From positions 36,334,001 to 36,398,000 of the forward strand of contig NC_045696.1 of assembly GCF_009834535.1 (NCBI RefSeq): a DNA stretch of 64,000 bases, read 5' to 3'. The notes beneath the pieces were generated by a model. The model searched no databases. It worked only from the letters and a program-made list of their open reading frames with translations, and was not told the DNA's origin. The translations under genes were made by a program, and so were the position numbers. Shown here in pieces: positions 23,323 through 36,209 of the stretch; position 1 is the stretch's first letter; each line of letters opens with the position of its first letter. This DNA is from Camelus ferus. Taxonomy: Eukaryota.

Positions 23323-24049
23323 AGTGCTTTCAGACACCTACGCATAAGCTGAATTAGTGACTTCTCCAAAAACCACCTGAAATAAACATGTAAATGAAAT
23401 CAAAAAGAATGTACTACCTGTGCAAATGCAGCTTTAAGGTGATTTTCTACTCTTACCCCCTAACAAAATTGATGCCATCTCCTGAGCTCCTTCCATACGG
23501 AAATCTGGAGCCCTGGTAGTAGCAAAGGTAAGCAGTGCACATGGACAGCCTCTGATGACATGAAATATGGTCAGTGCTACAGGAGGGGTACAAATTATGT
23601 TTGAGAGATGGTCTAGTCAGTCAGGTTTGGTGGGGCACAGAGTATTGTGGTGAAATAGTTGGGAGAGGGTGGCTAAAATTGAAAGATTCTCTTGAGGTCT
23701 CGCCATTACAGACCTTGAATTAAATAAAGCTAGATGTTTGAACTTTATTTAATGGGTGATGGGAAGTCGTTGAAAGTTTTTAACAGTAGAGTGACAATGA
23801 GAAAAAGCAATATATGTATAGATATATAGATGTGTGCATGTATACACACACATTTCTGAGCAAAGAGTTTACAAAAATTTTTCCCACTCTGCGTTAGAAT
23901 TTCACCTTCAGTTAGTTCCCTAGCTTTGTTTCCCTGGTAACCTGACAGAAATTGCCACTTTGTTTCTAGGGAACATTGCTTGTGATAAAAATGACCCTGA
24001 TTGGTAAAATGTATGTGCACCGGGGAAAAGAATAAATAAACTCTAGAGA

Positions 24050-24360
24050 GCTGATGGGGATGCCATGCTTTGGGCCTGAGTGCAGTGACTCTTGTAATTG
24101 GGCATGTCCCCCGTGGGGATCCCTGCCAGCTGTGCCTGTGGAGTTGTTAAAAGAAGTATTGGCTCCTGTGGGGCATGAGGGTTTTATACCAGGACAACTC
24201 CTGCACCTGCCTGATGTGAGTCTCTTCTCACACCTGAATTACCACCTGTGGGGACCACAGCAAAGATTTCCATTAAAGCCTTCTTGGCAAGATGTGATTT
24301 CTGTCCTCTGTCAGATGATGCCAGATATGGCCTGTGTGAATGTTTAGTTGAATTAGACCT
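24050..24360 (+). mobile_element. Ancient LTR-like remnant
   Basis: GC-richer block with a TATA-like word (tttatacc) followed by ATTAAA, an LTR-like layout; family not resolved. Confidence 0.4.
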
Positions 24361-24451
24361 GTAAATCTAATGGTTGAAAATACGACCTTAAATAAGACCA
24401 AAAAAACATAGAAATTATGAAAGTGATATGATTGAATGCAAAAAAATTGTA

Positions 24452-24582
24452 GGGGGAGGGTATAGTTCAAGTGATGGAGTGCATGCCTAGCATCCATGAG
24501 GTCCTGGGTTCAATCCCTAGTACCTCCATGAAAAAAATAAATAAGTAAACCTAATTACTGCCCCCTGCAAAAAAAAAAAAAA
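24452..24582 (+). mobile_element. Camelid vic-1-type SINE
   Basis: gggggagggtatagttcaagtgatggagtgcatgcctagcatccatgaggtcctgggttcaatccctagtacctcc...aaacctaattac...poly(A). Confidence 0.9.
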
Positions 24583-24589
24583 ATCATGA

Positions 24590-25600
24590 AACTTATGTAT
24601 TTAAAAAAATACTACAAATAAATTCAGAAGGCAATTTAGGAAACATATTTGCAAATCAGATCGCAGATAAAGAGTTAATATTAAAAATATGAAAATACGT
24701 CTTACCTGTTAATAAAAAAAATATGAATAGTGCAATTGGGGAAAAAAAGGTCAAAGAAGAATAGGCAGTTGACAGAAAAGCAAAACCAATAATGACTAGA
24801 CGAAAACCAGCTCAATTGTGTTAGAGAGCAAGGATTATATTATAGCATAACAAACCATGTCAGACTAATAGTAACACTGACTTCTTGTGGGAGTTTGGTG
24901 GAGGGACAGGGAAATGTTTACTAAAACTAAAAATTCCCCTACCCCAAAGTCTCTTTTCCTCTGGTACCATCCGTAATAATAAAACCACATTACGGAAGGA
25001 CCCCTTTATGAAAATGCTTATTGACTATTATCCTTACTGACAACAAGAATGAATGCCCAACAATTGGTGATGGTTGAGTAAAGGAGGACATTTATCCTAT
25101 GTACTATTTAGCAGCCTTTAAACATATCTCTACCAATTAACTTGGTGCTCTTGCCTTTGAAGTATTAGCATATGTGAAGAGTAAGGGACAGAAAAGTGTG
25201 TAAATATAATCTTGGGTATGTGGATAATTATATAGCATATGTTTATCAGGTTGATAGTATAGGTTCCTTTTGATGGTGTATTTGGGGAGTTGGGAAGGGG
25301 GTAGATGAAGAAAAAGTGGAAAAAATGACACTACAAAAACATATAACTCCATTTATATGCATTTTATATGCAGGTATAGGCATACGGAGATAGGGTATTT
25401 TTATTTATTTAAATGTTAAATTGTGCTTATCTGAAGGCAGTGTGTTTTAGGTAATTTTTGATGTTCTTTGTTTATACTTTTAGGCATTTTAAATATGCTT
25501 GTATTTAAATATGTATTATATGAAATTTATGTTATTATGTGATAAATATATTAAAATATTTATAAATAAATATTTAAGTAAAGAAAGGCAAAACAACTGT
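24590..25600 (+). mobile_element. Old L1 (L1ME-like) 3' fragments
   Basis: aaacatatttgcaaatc...agataaagagttaata; aatgcccaacaattggtgatggtt. Confidence 0.55.
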
Positions 25601-25644
25601 TTTATTAGGGAGAGAACCACTTGCTAAATGCCTGCTATACTGAG

Positions 25645-25890
25645 AAACAGCATAGATGGTGCTTAGAAGTAGTTAGGGCTCTTGAACTAAGGCACCTGGG
25701 TTTCTTGTTCTGTGAACCTGGGCAAGTTTCTTAACCTGTCTTGGCTTCAGTTTCCTGATCAGTAAAATAGAATAATATTAAAATTATCTACCTCACAGAT
25801 TTGTGAAGGTTAAATGTGTTACTATGTGTAAAGTCTTAGAACAATGCCTAGCCTTCAGTAGGGACTCAAGAATTGTTAGTAATTATTATT
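25645..25890 (+). mobile_element. MIR SINE
   Basis: ctgggcaagtttcttaacctgtcttggcttcagtttcctgatcagtaaaatag...tagaacaatgcctagc. Confidence 0.8.
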
Positions 25891-25952
25891 AACATTTGTT
25901 ACTACTTTTACAGTATTATGCTGCATATGTTACTAAAGTGTCACAGTTAATC

Positions 25953-26026
25953 ATTTTTTTCTTCCAGTTTCATTGAGATATAATTGACATACAGTACTAT
26001 ATAAGTTTAAGGTGTAACAGTTTGTA
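25953..26026 (-). mobile_element. Severely 5'-truncated L1 3' end with target-site duplication
   Basis: ttttttttcttccagtttcattgagatataattgacatacag...; flanked by acagttaatc at 25943-25952 and 26027-26036. Confidence 0.7.
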
Positions 26027-26064
26027 ACAGTTAATCTTAACAACTACTTTGTAAGGTACTAGCA

Positions 26065-26546
26065 TAGGGGAAGTAAAATTTCTCCTCTGTCCTGTCCTCT
26101 TAGGGCTTCTGGCTGTGACTGACATAAGACAGGGTAACAGGAATAAAGCATACAAATGTTATTCTTTAAAATTTTATGCGTTCATGGGAGTTGCCACAGG
26201 AAAATGAAGACCCGAAGAAGTGGCTAGGCCTAAGTGCTTACATACAAGGTTGAATAAATAGTGCCCGTTGTGGACAAGTAACTGAAATATGTGGGGAGAA
26301 GAAAGGAAGAGTTATTTTGAACAAAGTCTGTACGCATTTCTCTTGGTCTTGATTCCCTGTCTCTGGTGATAAGGATATTTCTTACCTCCTGGTACAGGGA
26401 GGGTATCTTTCACATGGGAGTTCATCTCCTGCTTTCAAGAAGTAAAAAAGGTCAAATGCCATTCCAGTATCTGCTGTTATTCAGACATCTTTCACTCAAA
26501 ATAATCAATATGCCAAAGCAGCATTTTTGGAGTGATATGCCCCTCA
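26065..26546 (-). mobile_element. ERV1 LTR (MER41-like), inserted into a MIR
   Basis: aaaatgaagacccgaagaagtgg...ctcaaaataatcaatatgccaaagcagcatttttggagtg; the MIR core resumes at ~26550. Confidence 0.65.
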
Positions 26547-26945
26547 CTAGGTACAGTCCTTATTTTACAGGTGAGGAAACTAAGACTCTGAAGAGAGCTA
26601 GGTGCCTTCCTCAAAGTCTCACAGCTCATAATCTGAGCCCAGATCTTTCTCGTCATAAAGTCAACAGCACTTTACATGCTTTTTCCCCACATGCCATGCA
26701 CCTTCCTTTATTTAGAATGAAAGTGTTCTGTTCTGGAAGGAACTTATGTATCATTTACTCTTAAGAGTTTATGATTTACTCTTTACGAACTTCAAGAGAG
26801 AACTCTGGGGTATTGGTTGTATAGCACATCTTTAGGAATCCATATTTCTCTGAAGGTTTTCACCGTGAAAATTAAATTTGAATGAGTGAATGGTGAGAGC
26901 TTAGGAGAGGCTATGCAGGCATGACTATCTTAAATGTTTTATGAA

Positions 26946-26977
26946 GTGTGTGTGTGTGCGTGTGCGTGCGTGTGTGT
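26946..26977 (+). repeat. (TG)n/(TGCG)n alternating purine-pyrimidine tract
   Basis: gtgtgtgtgtgtgcgtgtgcgtgcgtgtgtgt about 155 nt upstream of exon 4. Confidence 0.9.
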
Positions 26978-27131
26978 TTTTAAACATATGGGAGTCATAA
27001 TGTTTACGTCTGAGCCCTATTTCTGTGTAATTACGATGAACCAATTTCTTGCTGAAATGTATTTGATCAAAACTGGAAGTTTAACAGTTCCATTATATTC
27101 ATTTCAAAACTTTTTAATCCTTTATATTTAG

Positions 27132-27286
27132 GTTATCTTCACTGTAACGAATACGATACTCTGAGATTGAGGTGGCTGAGGGAGACGTTAGAATCCTTCA
27201 TCCCACAGCCGTTGGTAAATGTAATTAAAGTGTCTGAATTGGATGGCAGAGAAATGGGAGATGCCTGGCCTGAAACGTTTGACAAG
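27132..27286 (+). CDS. NSUN3: NSUN3 coding exon 4 (YLHCNEYDTLRLRWLRETLESFIPQPLVNVIKVSELDGREMGDAWPETFDK)
   Basis: tatttag|GT ... AAG|gtactt; 155 nt; frame continues from exon 3. Confidence 0.96.
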
Positions 27287-28037
27287 GTACTTTTATTACA
27301 TTGTGACAGACTGATGGACTCCCAGTGATACCACTGTTCTGTTGCTTTGTTGCTGTTGTTTTCCAGTATGCTTCCAGACACAGCCTGATACAGTTTCTCA
27401 GTGCCCTGGGAAATGTTGATAAAGTGAGCATGGAAGCGGTTTTCTTTTGATGGTCAGCATTTCAAAGGAAGCAGTGATGCTGGGACTGGGGATTATGGAA
27501 TGTTTTTATTTCCAGGTGCCTCAGAGATACTCAGGGAAAGATCAGATATTGTTTGGGTCAGTACACAAACACGTGCACTGTATTGCTTTAATTCAGTAAC
27601 GTTTCATATCTGGGTATGACAGTTGAAGAAAAAGAGCATTTCAGTAAACTGAAATTGAATTATTAGTTCTTAAAAATAAATGCTGAGAATTCAGAAATAC
27701 AGTAACGTCTGTTTAAAATGAGTAACTATTGTAAAAGTTCTTGCTGTAGTCATCAAAAATATGACATATTAGTGGACATTAGTAGACTTTTACTCCTCTC
27801 AAATCCCCTCCTCACTTAAAAAAAAAAAACTCAAACATTGAAAGTGCACAGGAAATTTTTCTATAAAGTATTAAGAAATGTCATAAAGAACGTGGCATTC
27901 TGTATTTTCAGTTTTAAAATAACCATATTTATTTATTTGCTATTTTTTGTCACAATTTGCATATCTTCCCTATATACTTTGTGTCTGAGGATATATTTTC
28001 AGTGTATAGTTATATTATATGTCCTTTTTCTCTCTAG

Positions 28038-28159
28038 GTGTTAGTTGATGCTCCATGTTCAAATGATCGAAGTTGGTTGTTCTCTTCTGATCCTCAGAAG
28101 GCAGCCTGTAGGATAAACCAAAGGAGGAATTTGCCTGTTCTACAGATAGAACTCTTAAG
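28038..28159 (+). CDS. NSUN3: NSUN3 coding exon 5 (VLVDAPCSNDRSWLFSSDPQKAACRINQRRNLPVLQIELL-R)
   Basis: tctctctag|GTG ... TTAAG|gtgagg; 122 nt; motif IV DAPC (C214). Confidence 0.97.
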
Positions 28160-30019
28160 GTGAGGGCTATTAATACAAATGTTTATTTTGGTTTCTAGTG
28201 TAATTTAAGTAGACATGACAAAACATGACACAGAGAAGCCCCTGAATGGAGAGTTTCCTGTGTAGGTGTCAATAATTAATCCTCCAAAGTCTGCGCCCAG
28301 ACAATTCTCCACCTTTTTCCTTTTAGCTCTCATGTTGTAATGTCACCTCTGCCCCCAGCCTTGCCCGCTGGATGAAATCTCGTGTTGCTGTGCATTGTCA
28401 TTTAAAGGACACAGTGATTTTACTGTTGTTTAAAGTCGTTTGCTTCTCAGGACCATCCCAAGCTTAGGGTTCATCACCCTCTTCTTTCACCAGAATATGA
28501 GCAGCCCCCCTGTAAGAGTAACTTCGGACCAGGGTGCATTTTTTTTTTAAATGATGGACACATTGTTCTGGAATGAGGAAGATGCTGTAGTTCCTTGTTA
28601 GCATGTATCTCCCCTCTAAGAAATCTCTAGAAGGACATGACCACCAAGAAGTAGTTGGTTTCTTCAGAACAGAGCCATTTGGGACATCCTGTCCTGGTTT
28701 CAGAAGAGATCCCTTAATCCCTGCCTATTTAATGCTGAACAAAAATTCTTCGGACAATTTAAAATATAGTTAAATGATGCCTGATCACTCATAACTTCGT
28801 CCATGTGGAATGAGGTTGAGTGACAGTTTTGATGCACTGATGACAATGTGCTTTACTTCCAACTTCTGACTGATGCACAACAATGAACACATGCCATTGC
28901 CCACACACTACAACCAATACTACTACGTAGGCTTTTTCTTGTACCAGATCAGTAACCAGCACACACTGCTGATTCCAGGTAGCACCGCCTGGAATGCTCT
29001 CAAACACGAGACGTCGCATAGCTCCAACTCTAGGTGTTTTTTCTCACCTGAACTTTCTTGATCTGGCTGTTCAGTTAATCGCTCCTGCTCCCCTGGGCCT
29101 TGCTGTTGTTATACCTCACACCTTATAACAGACACTGAATCTTGTGATGGCTTATTAGCATTGTGATCTCTGGTTTTTTTTTTTTTTTTTTTTTTAAGCT
29201 GTAAGCAACCAGGCTTCCTGAGAATATAATTTTTCTTCTATTCCATGAAAATCCTTCCTTCACTTCTTTCTGTTCTATGCCAAGCTTTCTATTTTATATT
29301 CTGTCTACTGCTTTTCCTCCCATTTTGTCTCTATTCATTGTAATCTATCTCCTGTTCCCTTTATTCTTCCAAACATAAACTTATTAAAGTTACTAAAAAC
29401 CCATTAAATCAACTAATGGTTATTTTTCAATTTTAATTTTGCTTGATCTCTCAATAGCATTTTTTAAATGTGCTTTATTATACAACTATTAAATGGCAAC
29501 ATTTTTCATTGTAAAAAGTTCAGAAGCTACAAATGAAGCAGAAGGTCCCCATGACCACAGACCCAGCTAAATATCAACTTTCTTCGCAGCATTAACTGTT
29601 GGTCTTAAGTCTGTGGTATATTCTTCCAGACTCTTTCTATGGCTTTTATTACAATTATATATCCGTAGGGAAATACATTAAAAAAAATAGCTGCTGTCAT
29701 TGTATATACATTGTTCTAAAACTGGCTCCTTTTTGTGCTTAATATTTTTTAAAGCCTTTTTCTGGTAAACCTACTTTGTTCTCTTCAATTTCCATGAAAT
29801 ATTCAATAGAATTAGTCTTAATATCCTATTTAGCCCTCTATTTTTGGATTTTTACATTCTTTTTTACTTTTACAAACTGGTCTTTAATTTGTCTCATTGC
29901 ACACACATGCTCACATTTTTTTTTTGATTAAATATCAAAAGTGGAATTAAGGATCAAACATTTTAGTAGATATAGTTTATTGAATTGTACTCTAAAATGA
30001 CCAGTCTACATTTTCTGTT

Positions 30020-31245
30020 GCACTTGACTTTGTTGATAGCTTGTTCCTTAAAATAGTCCCTTCCCTGATTTTTGTCATCATATGCTTTCCTGGTTTTCTT
30101 CCTACTTATTTTCTTAATTTGCTCTTAATCAGGTCATCCCATAAATTTTGGGTTTCCTTAGGCTGCTGATGTTGGCCCTCTTCTCTGTCTGATGGTTTCA
30201 AATGATAGATGATGCTGTTTCCCAATTATGTGTCTAGGCTCAGCTCTTTCTTCTTAGCCTCAGACCTGTATATCCAATGCTCTATCAGAGATCTCCACTT
30301 AGAAGCTCCTCAGATATATAAGACAGAACTTGTTGAGAGGGAAACGTGTAATTTCTAATGCTCTCCTGTCCCTGACCCCTGCCAAAATCAACAACAAAAA
30401 ATCAGATAGAAACCCCATCAACCTGCGTCTTTTCCTCTCTTCTCCATCTCAGCAACTGCCATGGCATCATGCACTTGCCTATGTCAGAAATCCACCTCCG
30501 AATCCTTTTACATCCAGTCAATCACTAAGATGTTTCAATTACACCTGTTACATATTTCTCAAGTCCATACAATTCTCTCATCCTTAATAACGTAACCTAA
30601 GCCACCAGTATCTGTCACCTAAAGCACTGCAGCTGGCTTCTGACCTGCCCTGCTTGTCTTCAAGTGTGAGCTCTGTACTCCAGTCTCCACAGTAAAGCCA
30701 GTCTGACCTGAAATGTAAATCCGATCATGTTATTCTCCTTTCTGAAATCTGCAGTGTTCCCCATTACCATTAAGACTTAAAATTCCTTAGTATGATATTC
30801 AAGTCCCCTTTGAATGTGGTTCCTTCTTACTTCACTAGCTTCACTGTCTCAGGACTCTTGCCCTGTGTTCCAACTGAGCAGTTTCTCAGACTCGCCTTAT
30901 GTTTCTGAGGCCCGTGCATTTCCTGTTCCTTTTGCTTGAGTTCTTCATCTAACTCATTCTCCCCTTCCTCTTGGCTAACTCTACTGGTTCTTCAAGAATC
31001 AGCTCTGAGATCTCCTTGGTAAAGCCTTACCTGACTCACTAGGACTGGGATTGATATTCCCCTCATTCCCCACCCTCATTTACAGACACATTGATTGTCA
31101 GTTCCTCTACTTGATATTTGCCTAGTACTTGTCTCTTCAAGACTGTAAGCCCCATGACAGCAGGGATTGTCTTATTGTTTTTATTTCCAGTATGAAGTTT
31201 GGTGTCTGGCATGTAAAAGGGGGTCAGTAAATAAATGTTCAAAAA
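30020..31245 (+). mobile_element. L2 LINE 3' portion
   Basis: cagacctgtatatccaatgc..., gatcatgttattctcct..., gactgtaagccccatgacagcaggga...gtgtctggcatgta...aataaatgtt. Confidence 0.75.
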
Positions 31246-34189
31246 CACTAAATTACAGGGGATGAGTATTTAGAATTTATATTAAATTTATAGTAAAGTT
31301 AATCAGACAAAAATAATGACATAATCATTATTGAGCTGCATGGTAATTAGGCATAAATGTAAAGCAATTCACACAGTTTATTTTGATTAGTATTGCTTTT
31401 ACATAACCAAAGCATGGTTTTAGTTTTTGTTTATTTTTTCCCCACTTAATACATTTCCCTTAACATCCAGTGTTTCAGTCATCATCGTGAAGATCATACA
31501 TCTATGTAAACCTCCCATCTGTACCGTCTTGTGCCCCAACAACTGAGGCTCTTCTAAAGTGTCCACCTCTCTCTCTCATCATCTTTCTCCCCAAAGAAAT
31601 GGCTTTAGCACCACATCACTTTAGTAGCATATTAACAGGGTGCAAAATAGACATCTCAGTCATGAGTATAGGCTTTCATGTGATTACATGTGACTGGGAA
31701 AGACCATCACATCAGCCCCCTCTCAGTCTTTTCCTTGAGCAGCTGCTCTGCATTCTCTGCCTCTGATGCCTGGTCTGTATGAGAGGTTTTGGAGCCACTT
31801 GAAGCAGCTGAAACTCTGAGCCCCTTGGCTGTGTGATTATGATGATAAAGGGGAAAGAGCCTGATACACAAGCTATAGTCACAGAAAATGGTTCCAATTC
31901 CCTGACATCTACAAATCTGGGGGTTAAGAAGATAAAGGAAAAAATGATAATGCCAGCCACAGTCTCTCTTTTATCTCCTGCCCCTGACTCCAAAAAAATA
32001 AGAAAAAAAGACTATAGTAATTTTCTCATCAGGAATGTCTCTTTTACTATATCACATGCAAAGAAATTTCTCTTACTTTCTTCCAAATCTTCCTCATCTA
32101 GTTATTGCCTTACCATCCTTTAACAAAAGACAGTCCTTTTATTCCACAGTAAGGAATAAAAGATTTTAAACGCAAATACATGCAGGAGAATAAATGGATT
32201 GACGTGTATGAGTTTGAGTCAGAGGTGTAAAGTATTGATAGCGGAACCTTATTTGCATTTGCAAAGACAAATTAGAAAGCAAACAAGCAAATATTGCCTA
32301 AGCTGAGCTTGTGGATAGAAGATGGAACTCAGAAGGGAGAAAAGAAGTAGGAAGGACAGCTGAGAGGCAAATAAGGAAAGCTTTTTGATTGTGCTATTTT
32401 GTCGAAGACTGGATTTGTACGTTTCTGCATTTGTCTGCTGACAGATACGGTGTTCAAAGGTATTTTATGCCTTCAGTGGGTTATTACTCATTCACCTTAC
32501 CAGAAATCATTCATATTTACATTAAATAGGCAGCCTGCATAGTGTTCATAATCTTACCTTTTAAAAACTCAATATTCTCTTACTAAATATGCTCCCACCA
32601 AACATTAATCTTGCACGTTTTCTTGATTGTGATACTTCAATGAAATCAATGCTTTATTTAATAGAAGTTTCTTGATGTTAAGTTTTTTAAAAGGAGTAAT
32701 ATCAGCAGATATGTAATAGTTTTTAAAAAATTCTTTAAAAAATGAATGCATGTATAGTAATTATATATTACTGTATATAATCGTAAAAACAGTAATCTGA
32801 TTTTTTTAGCATGAAAAGCATATTGGAAGGCACAGTGAAGACAGAGATCCCATATAATTTTATTGTACACTTATTGAGGACTCTTTAGTTTATTCATGTG
32901 GAAGTGGAAAAAGTAGAATCTTCTATTAAATACAATATGATGTATAAGTTATATACAACTCTCTCACACATCTGTCTCCAAACCCATTTTCAGAAGATGA
33001 GAATGTGGGACAAGGATGTGAAGAATAATTGAGTATAAACCAGTTCTATTAATGAAATGTCATTTGAAAGTATACCTTTGTTATAAGTTCTCAAAATAAT
33101 TTCTGAGACCATTCATTTCTGTCACGTACTATGTATGTGCACACTATGTAATCAGATTCTCTTGCTTGCCTCATTTTTATTTCAATATATCAGGAAAAAT
33201 AGAGTGGAAACATATGCTAAAAATAATATACACATAGTCTTTTTAGAAAGTGGCTATGATGTTTGTGCAAGAGAAGTTTACATGATTTTTAGGTGGGGAA
33301 GTACCTGAACTGAAGAGTATGATTTATAACAAAAATATAGGTATCTTATTGCAGTAATGTATCATGTCACCCATTTCCTCAGAGGAAATCAATCACGTTT
33401 AAAATACTGACCCCTTCTGGTTTTCTTTTTTCATTACTTGATAGGTGAAATCCAATTTGTGAACTCATTGAAAAAAGCAGCTTAGATTATTTGATAATGT
33501 TTTGAAATTTTGTATAAATCATCCAGGTAACAGTCCTTAAAGAGTGTTACTCTTACAGAAAGAGTAGTGTTTTTAAAAAAGCATTTAAAAAAACCCTGCA
33601 ACATCTCTTCCATCATGCTGTTGAGCTGAGGAATACCTAGTGACTGTGGAGCATGGGTCTTCATCATTCATCAATGTAGTGACCAAAAAGGTGATATGCT
33701 CATACTGGAAAAATAATATTTGGACATATAGTTCTATCAGAATGGAAGAATTTCAGCACTGTTTCAGCTATGTGCATATTTTCTTTTTAAAGTTTAACTA
33801 ATTCACTTAACTTTGCATCATATGCTGAGTCATATGTTTGGAATCCAGAAAACAGAAGCCAGCCACTATGAATACTTCGACTGTCGCTGCTACTACTGAT
33901 TTTCTTTCTCATTCTTCTCTTCCTCCTCCTCTTTCTTCTTTTTTCTTTAAGTTAGGTGGCAGGAGTCAGAGGTTCTGAGAGGAAAAATCTGTAATTTGGG
34001 CAAAGTACATGTTTCTTTTCAGTAAGAGTTTATAGATTAAAATATTCCACATTAAATGAAATTGTAAAATGTTGAGGAGTCATCCATAGCTAGAGTTTGT
34101 AGCTATTGTACTTTCAACCATAAAAATGTTTCAAGGGTAGATTGACAGTGTAAAATACAGTCTTGAAATAAGAGTTTATCAGCATTTAA

Positions 34190-34400
34190 TAATTTATCCA
34201 ACATTTATTAAATACCTACTTTGTGTCAGGAACTTTGGTAGGCACTAAAGATACTAAAACATATATGAAATGACTCTTGTTCTCGAGGTCCTCAGGGCAG
34301 TTATCATAAACTATGGTAAGAATGTGGTAATAGAGAGAATAGTTAGGGTGCAGAGTGTGCAAAAAGGGGGACACCTAACTTTGCTTGGGTTAAAGATGGG
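34190..34400 (-). mobile_element. L2 3' fragment
   Basis: caacatttattaaatacctactttgtgtcaggaactttggtaggcact. Confidence 0.65.
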
Positions 34401-34772
34401 GTGCGGGCTTAAGAAGACATATTTTTCAAAATAAGCGACAGATAAATATTTAAAGTGAAGGTCTTTTGCTAATAATTTGTCCTAATCATGAAAGTAATAT
34501 ATAAAAGCATTATATATAAGCATATATATATGTATACATATAAAAGCATTTGGAATATACAGAGAAATAAAAAGAAGAAAATAAGCAATCCATTGAAAGA
34601 AACTTATTATTTGGACTTATTCCCTTTGACTGTGTATAGTATTTATAATGATGGAAATCATAGGAATATGTAATTTGGTATCTTTTTCACTGAATTTATT
34701 ATGAACATTTTAATTATTAAATAGTTTTTGAAAACATACTTTTAAAATGGCTACATCATATTAAATCACTTG

Positions 34773-34804
34773 TTCATTCATTCATTCATTCATTCATTTA
34801 TTCA
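34773..34804 (+). repeat. (TTCA)n microsatellite (L2 tail-like)
   Basis: ttcattcattcattcattcattcatttattca. Confidence 0.85.
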
Positions 34805-36209
34805 GGTAGTTGAGTATCAAAGACTGCTCTTTTTAATGACAGAATATTGTTATTGCAAGAAATAGTTACAAAAACATGTCATACTGAAAATTAAAACACA
34901 AGGTTTTTTGATGATCCAGGCAAGAGCTTGATAACTCTTTGGGGAAGAAGCTGGCAGCTGGCCTGTGAGCCATTCCTCTTTTGATTTCCAAGGAGACACT
35001 CCCACAGAAAGAAAAAAGGCAGGTGACCCAGTTAAACATGTTGATAACTGACCTCCTTGGTAAATAGATTAATGAATTTTGCTAAGAGGAGAGCTCTTAC
35101 TTATGGCATACTTTGAGCAGAATGTCCCTGGTTTAGGATTTCCTGTGGTAAACACAACCTGAAATCTATAGATTTATGAGGCATGGCTTCCTGAAGAATG
35201 TATGTAAGCTGTTCAGCTCCATAAGGTGTAATGGAGATGTGACAGAACCTAAATGCTCCCCATTGTGTGAGGTGACCTATCAACTTGCTTACAGAAATCA
35301 TCTACTATTCTGGGCTAGAAAACATTCTGAGCTAGAAGCAAGACTTAGGAAGCCACATGGATATCCCTGCTTCTTTTGTGCCACTCGGTTGCTTATATAC
35401 TTGAAATTATTTTGCTAAACTTGATACTAGGTAAGATCTCTGGTTTATGAGAATCTGATTTGACACTACTGTCAGTTGTGTAGGCTCATCCGTAAACACC
35501 AGCCAGCCACCTCTGATGAAGCTAAGTTGAGGAACATGATTTGGACCTTAGTCCAAAGTGCAAGGCTCTTATTCCAATCCCACATCTAAATCTTGGGAAT
35601 CAGTCAGCTCATCCAGCCAGCTGTTAGAAAGTAAGAGCCTTCCCCCTTATATCTTCTGCTTGGAAACATAATTAAGAGGATAAACTGTTAGGACCCAAAG
35701 CGCCAGAGCTCAGGCAGGTACAAGAGAACAAAAGAGGCAGTGATATTCAGGTATAGTGACTTTTTCCATTTGGGCTCCATACACTGTAACTACAATAGCT
35801 AGCACTCATTGACTACATTAGCTACTTTTCTCCTTGTTTGAAGGCTCAAGTAAATAGGTAGAGAGAGTCTTGAGTTGTCCACTCCAGCAAAATGCTTACC
35901 TCTACCTTGTGGGGAGGGCAGGACCAGGAGGAATCTTCTCCTGCACAGAAACATGAGGCAAGCACGGTGATGGTTGTCCCCGAACTGTTTGTTCTTTCTG
36001 TAAGTATTTTTTGAGTACCACCAGGCACTAGTGGTAAACAGGGCAGATTTAAACCTTGTTTGACTTGGCTACAGTTATTTTTGCGAGTAATTAACTGTCC
36101 ATCATTTCTGAATCGGGAGTCTCGTGTCTTCTACCAACATCCGTGAAACTGATGGGCTAACTTTTGAGCCTACAGGCGGGGTGAAATACCAGCTCCTTCA
36201 GTTTTCTTC

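Noticed and set aside
26366..26764. 132-aa plus-strand ORF
   Set aside because: It spans an ERV1 LTR and a MIR, starts at GTG and has no protein similarity; chance ORF.
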